Source of the DNA: a bacterium | GTDB lineage: Bacteria; UBA10199; 2-02-FULL-44-16; JAAZCA01 | Assembly (NCBI GenBank): GCA_963674695.2 | Contig: CAXXGI010000003.1 | Span: forward strand, 224,001-288,000 | Reading direction: 5' to 3' | Length of the DNA: 64,000 nt | Shown: positions 60,291 through 64,000 of the stretch, one piece after another | Numbering within the stretch: the stretch's first letter is position 1 | Layout of the letters: each line of letters begins with the position of its first letter | The notes under the pieces: generated by a model | What the model was told of the DNA's origin: nothing | Database searches by the model: none | The model's input: the letters and a program-made list of their open reading frames with translations, nothing else | Made by a program: the position numbers and the translations under genes

Positions 60291-60943
60291 TGCGTGAGTC
60301 GCTTGTCCGTCTTTCCGAATCAGCCATTCGTGAGGTCGTGGATGCTATTCCCCTATCGATGCAGCATATTGTTCTTCCCTCCATTCAAGCGAATGATCGC
60401 TGTCGGTTTGATCCCGTACGAGGAGAGCGCGAACGGGCCAGATATTGCTCCGGAAACGGCATGATCATTGTTTATGGTTTTTCACGAGCGGAGATCGAAT
60501 GTTTTGACTACGTTGATATCGTCCTTCATGAAATCGGCCACAAGATATTCGGGGAGATGTTGAATCAGGAACAACGCTCTGCTTGGATGAGCTGTTGTTC
60601 ACATGAGGGCTTTGTCATTGAGTTGAGCGACATCTATATGCTAAGAGAAATACGGGAAGAGGAGTTCAGTATTGTCTTTTCGGTCGTGTATTTACAGCGT
60701 TTTCTGCGGAGGAAGAAGATGAAGAAATCAGCGGACAGAGTGCGCAATCGGCTGGAAGAAATATCAGAGCGTTCCACGTTGGTTGAACGCTTGGTTGAGG
60801 GTGCTGGATCGACACACCCGGAGAAGCGCGGGGGCGTCTGTTATCAGCGTATTCATGAGCGTGTTCGACGATTTCTCTTTGGTGACATGACGATTCGGGA
60901 ATTCGAACAAGGCGCTGATAAAACCCAGGATTCGTCAAACTAA
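60290..60943 (+). CDS. putative zinc metallopeptidase (HEXXH)
   Basis: VLHEIGH and a downstream EEF; lower GC; TGATG coupling to the upstream gene. Confidence 0.6.
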   Translation: MRESLVRLSESAIREVVDAIPLSMQHIVLPSIQANDRCRFDPVRGERERARYCSGNGMIIVYGFSRAEIECFDYVDIVLHEIGHKIFGEMLNQEQRSAWMSCCSHEGFVIELSDIYMLREIREEEFSIVFSVVYLQRFLRRKKMKKSADRVRNRLEEISERSTLVERLVEGAGSTHPEKRGGVCYQRIHERVRRFLFGDMTIREFEQGADKTQDSSN

Positions 60944-60951
60944 TCATGTCT

Positions 60952-61122
60952 CAGACTGCTGACAAAGTCTTCTTGTGCTGTCATTCCCGTAAAACCAAAG
61001 GTTGTCATTCCCGCGCAGGCCGCCTGCCCGCCGGTTGTGTGGCGGGGGAATCTCGATTGTGACGGCACGTCGAGATCCCCGCTTTCGCGGGGATGACAAC
61101 GGCCGGGTTTGTCATCACCCTC
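60952..61122. mobile_element. TIR-bounded REP-containing element
   Basis: CAGACTGCTGACAAAGTCTTC ... GGTTTGTCATCACCCTC; closely similar to 52435-52580. Confidence 0.65.
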
Positions 61123-61357
61123 GTCTTCTCGTTTATTCCTTATCGATTTCTTCCGCCCGGGGGGCAGGGGTTAGCTATTAAGCCCTTGAAATATTTGGGC
61201 ATTCTTTTTTTCGGAGGGGTTGGTCTGATCTTTTCGATCAGAGCCACCCTGTGCTGACGGTGCGAGTGCCTTCGGTGGAAAATGGCGAAAAACTCCTTGC
61301 ACCTCAGGTACTTTTATATATAGTCCCGCGCGTTGCACGGTTGAGCGGTAGTTGGAG

Positions 61358-61389
61358 GAAGTGGGCCCGGCGGGACCACTTTTTTTTTC
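61358..61389 (+). promoter_or_regulatory. rimP leader hairpin/attenuator-like element
   Basis: GAAGTGGGCCCGGCGGGACCAC followed by a T-run, just upstream of rimP. Confidence 0.5.
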
Positions 61390-61418
61390 ATCTTTTTTGA
61401 CTTTTGGACGTTGGGACG

Positions 61419-61919
61419 ATGGATACACAAGAGATACTGGAAAAGGTGGAAGTGCTGGTGGCGCCGGTCCTGGCCAACCTTGGGTATGATCTGATCGAGC
61501 GCGAGCTTATCAACGAATCAGGGCGATGGGTGCTGCGACTCTTTATCGACAAGAATGGCGGCGTGACCATCGACGATTGCAAGCAGACCAGCCGCAGCAT
61601 CGAGGATCTCCTCGAGGTCGAAGATGTCGTTCCGGTGCGTTATAACCTTGAGGTCTCCTCGCCTGGTATCTTTCGTCCGTTGCGCCGACGCGAGGACTTT
61701 ACGGAATTTTTCGGCGAGCGCGCTTCCATCCGGGCGAAAAAAGCGCTTGAGGATCGGCGCAATTTCGTCGGTCTTTTGGGCGGTCTCGAGGGGGACGATG
61801 TGATCATCGTCGTGGATGGCCAGCGCTATCGTGTGCCGTTTGCGATGATAGAACGGGCGCGCCTCGAGCCAGAAGATATTTTCAATAAAGGAAAGAAGGA
61901 GAAGGGCGGACGGCGGTAG
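61419..61919 (+). CDS. rimP: ribosome maturation factor RimP
   Basis: LRLFIDK.GGVTIDDC, YNLEVSSPG. Confidence 0.95.
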   Translation: MDTQEILEKVEVLVAPVLANLGYDLIERELINESGRWVLRLFIDKNGGVTIDDCKQTSRSIEDLLEVEDVVPVRYNLEVSSPGIFRPLRRREDFTEFFGERASIRAKKALEDRRNFVGLLGGLEGDDVIIVVDGQRYRVPFAMIERARLEPEDIFNKGKKEKGGRR

Positions 61920-61960
61920 ATCCACAAATGACACATGACGAATGATGGAGGATTGAACCA

Positions 61961-63493
61961 ATGGCAACACAGGACGGGATGTTTCAGAATCTGGGACGCG
62001 TGCTCGAGCAGGTGAGCAAGGACAAAGGCATTCCCATCGACATGCTCATCGAGGCGGTCGAGACGGCCTTTCTCTCGGCGGCTCGCAAAAAGTGGGGCCA
62101 CCTGGGCGATCTGGAGGCTCAATATAATGAAGAGGGCGGCGAGATCGAACTCTTCCAGTTCAAGACGGCGGTCGAGCTTGTGGAGAACGAAAATCTCGAG
62201 CTGCCGCTGGATGAGGCGCGTCGCCTCGATCCCGAGGCCGAGCCCGGCGACAGCATCGGCGTGAAGATGGATCATTCCGTGTTCGGGCGCATTGCGGCGC
62301 AGACGGCCAAGCAGGTCATCATCCAAAAAATTCGCGAGGCCGAGCGCAATATCATCTTCGAGGAGTTCAAGGATCGCTTGGGCGAGTTGGTCACCGGTAT
62401 CGTACGCCGCTTCGAAAAGGGCGACATGATCATCGATCTCGGTCGCACCGAGGCCATGGTGCCGCGTCGCGAGCAGATTCAGGGTGAGAATTACCGCACC
62501 GGCGAGCGCCTGCAGGGTTTTTTCCTCCGGATCGATCGCGAGGGGAAGGGCCCGCCGGTGGTCTTGTCGCGCAAGAACCTGGGACTCATGATCGGGCTCT
62601 TTGCGATGGAGGTTCCCGAAATCGCCGAGGGGATCGTCGAGATTCGCGCAGCCGCACGCGAAGCCGGAGTGCGCTCCAAGATTGCGGTGACCTCCCGCGA
62701 TTCGGATGTCGATCCGGTCGGCGCTTGCGTCGGTATGAAGGGCTCGCGCGTGCAGAGCGTGGTGGGCGAGCTGCGCGGTGAGAAGATCGATATCGTCGCC
62801 TGGGATTCCGATCCGGCGCGTTTTGTCTGTAATGCGCTGGCGCCGGCCGAGGTCGTCAAGGTGATCATCCGCGAGAAGGAGCACGCCATGGAGGTGGTCG
62901 TCCCCGACGATCAGCTCTCGCTCGCGATCGGGCGCCGCGGGCAGAATGTGCGCCTCGCGGCCCAGCTCACCGGCTGGAACATCGATGTCTATAGCGAGAC
63001 GAAGATCGAGCAGGTGGCCTTGCGCGCGCGTCGCGTGCTCACCGAGACGCTCGGCGTCGACGACAGTATGGCCATGGTTCTCTATACGCATTCCTTCCGT
63101 TGTTTCGAAGACATCGCGAACGCCGACATTGAAGCGTTCAGCCAGGTCCCCGGTCTTGGGGAGGCGACGATTGCCGAACTGCACGCCAAGGCCAAAGGTC
63201 TGATCGAAGAAGGGATCAACACCCAGATGCGCATCGCTGAGATCATCAAAGAGGAAGAGGAGATCGCAGCCAAGCGTCGTGAGGAAGAGGCCGTGCGTGC
63301 AGCGGAAGAAGCTGTTGTTGCGGCCGCGGAAGCCGAGGCGGAAGCAGAAGCCAAAGCCGCGGCCGACGAGGCAGGGGCTGAAATAGCGGAGGGCGACGCG
63401 GTCGAGGAAGCGGTGGAAAAGGTGGACGGATCCGAGGCTGAGGATGAAACCCTGGAGGATGTCGCCCCGCCAAAGGGCGATGAGGCTTCATAG
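61961..63493 (+). CDS. nusA: transcription termination/antitermination factor NusA
   Basis: FGRIAAQTAKQ, DPVGACVGMKGSR, SLAIGRRGQNVRLA; acidic tail. Confidence 0.97.
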   Translation: MATQDGMFQNLGRVLEQVSKDKGIPIDMLIEAVETAFLSAARKKWGHLGDLEAQYNEEGGEIELFQFKTAVELVENENLELPLDEARRLDPEAEPGDSIGVKMDHSVFGRIAAQTAKQVIIQKIREAERNIIFEEFKDRLGELVTGIVRRFEKGDMIIDLGRTEAMVPRREQIQGENYRTGERLQGFFLRIDREGKGPPVVLSRKNLGLMIGLFAMEVPEIAEGIVEIRAAAREAGVRSKIAVTSRDSDVDPVGACVGMKGSRVQSVVGELRGEKIDIVAWDSDPARFVCNALAPAEVVKVIIREKEHAMEVVVPDDQLSLAIGRRGQNVRLAAQLTGWNIDVYSETKIEQVALRARRVLTETLGVDDSMAMVLYTHSFRCFEDIANADIEAFSQVPGLGEATIAELHAKAKGLIEEGINTQMRIAEIIKEEEEIAAKRREEEAVRAAEEAVVAAAEAEAEAEAKAAADEAGAEIAEGDAVEEAVEKVDGSEAEDETLEDVAPPKGDEAS

Positions 63494-63549
63494 CGGCGCG
63501 GTCTGGTTTTGGTCTGGTGGGAAATCACAGTAGGCGAGAGGATGTTAGC

Positions 63550-64000
63550 ATGGATGAGAAGATGAGCAGCGAAATCATCGAACCGAAGGTCGAGGTCGTC
63601 GAGAAGCGTGTTCAGCCGACCGTCATTCGTCGTCGCAAGAAACGCGTCGCCCCTCCTCCTCCTCCTATTCTGGAGGTAAAGGCGGAGGCCGTTGTGGCGC
63701 CGGAGGAGGCGGCGGTTGCTGAAAGCGATGCGCCAGAGATAGCGGTGACGGCGGCCGTCCCCCAGGTGGAAGTGGGCGAACAGGTGGCGCAGGAGCCTTC
63801 CGTCGACGTTTCTGAACAGACCGCAGCCGCTGATGGCGAGGTGCAGGCTGCTCCTGAGCCGAAGGAAAAAGAGAAAGTCGAAGAGCGCACCGAGGCTTCG
63901 CTCGAGCAGGAGGATCTGTTGCGCACCGGGGTGAAACTCGCCAAGCCCTCTGAGGAAGATCGCAAAATCGGCGTGGTGGGGTATATCGATCTGAATGCGC
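63550..64000 (+). CDS. infB: translation initiation factor IF-2, N-terminal part (runs off window)
   Basis: Open frame from ATG 63550, VVEKRVQPTVIRRRKK; position after nusA. GTPase domain not in window. Confidence 0.7.
   Translation, partial: MDEKMSSEIIEPKVEVVEKRVQPTVIRRRKKRVAPPPPPILEVKAEAVVAPEEAAVAESDAPEIAVTAAVPQVEVGEQVAQEPSVDVSEQTAAADGEVQAAPEPKEKEKVEERTEASLEQEDLLRTGVKLAKPSEEDRKIGVVGYIDLNA

Overview
GC-rich bacterial chromosome segment. Gene content and the IF2/NusA style suggest a deltaproteobacterial or Myxococcota-like lineage (inference). The housekeeping backbone comprises a TPP-riboswitch thiSGHC operon, zupT, alr-mlaEFD, purH/purD/purE/tsaC, dciA, dksA, glnE, addAB, comM, trxB, ssb, tRNA-Cys, tRNA-Leu, pyrE-pyrF-hpt, tdk and rimP-nusA-infB. 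Interspersed lineage-specific genes include a Cys-rich repeat surface protein, a 2,240-aa protein ending in an ABC1/UbiB kinase, LRR and TSP3 lipoproteins, and a RAYT-type HUH transposase. The strongest unexplained signal is a 34-bp palindrome (GCCGCCATTTG-CAGCAGCTGCAK-CAAATGGCGGC) present three times. It lies at a fixed 42-43 nt from four sigma54 (-24/-12) promoters, each with an IHF-like box in between and an ATG 13-14 nt after the -12 GC. These promoters face comM(-addBA), a ComEC-type nuclease lipoprotein, a half-TolC/lamin-tail operon and, unexpectedly, the RAYT. This is a candidate sigma54 competence regulon that includes a REP transposase. Other signals: a second promoter class (CAAC-N14-16-(G/T)CCGATA, sigma28-like) in front of four orphan genes; pervasive inverted 6/7/8-mer tandem arrays at gene junctions (two inside ThiC and AddA in frame) linked to four-helix-bundle gene remnants; and nested REP/MITE elements. 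All product calls come from motif recognition by eye; no searches were run.
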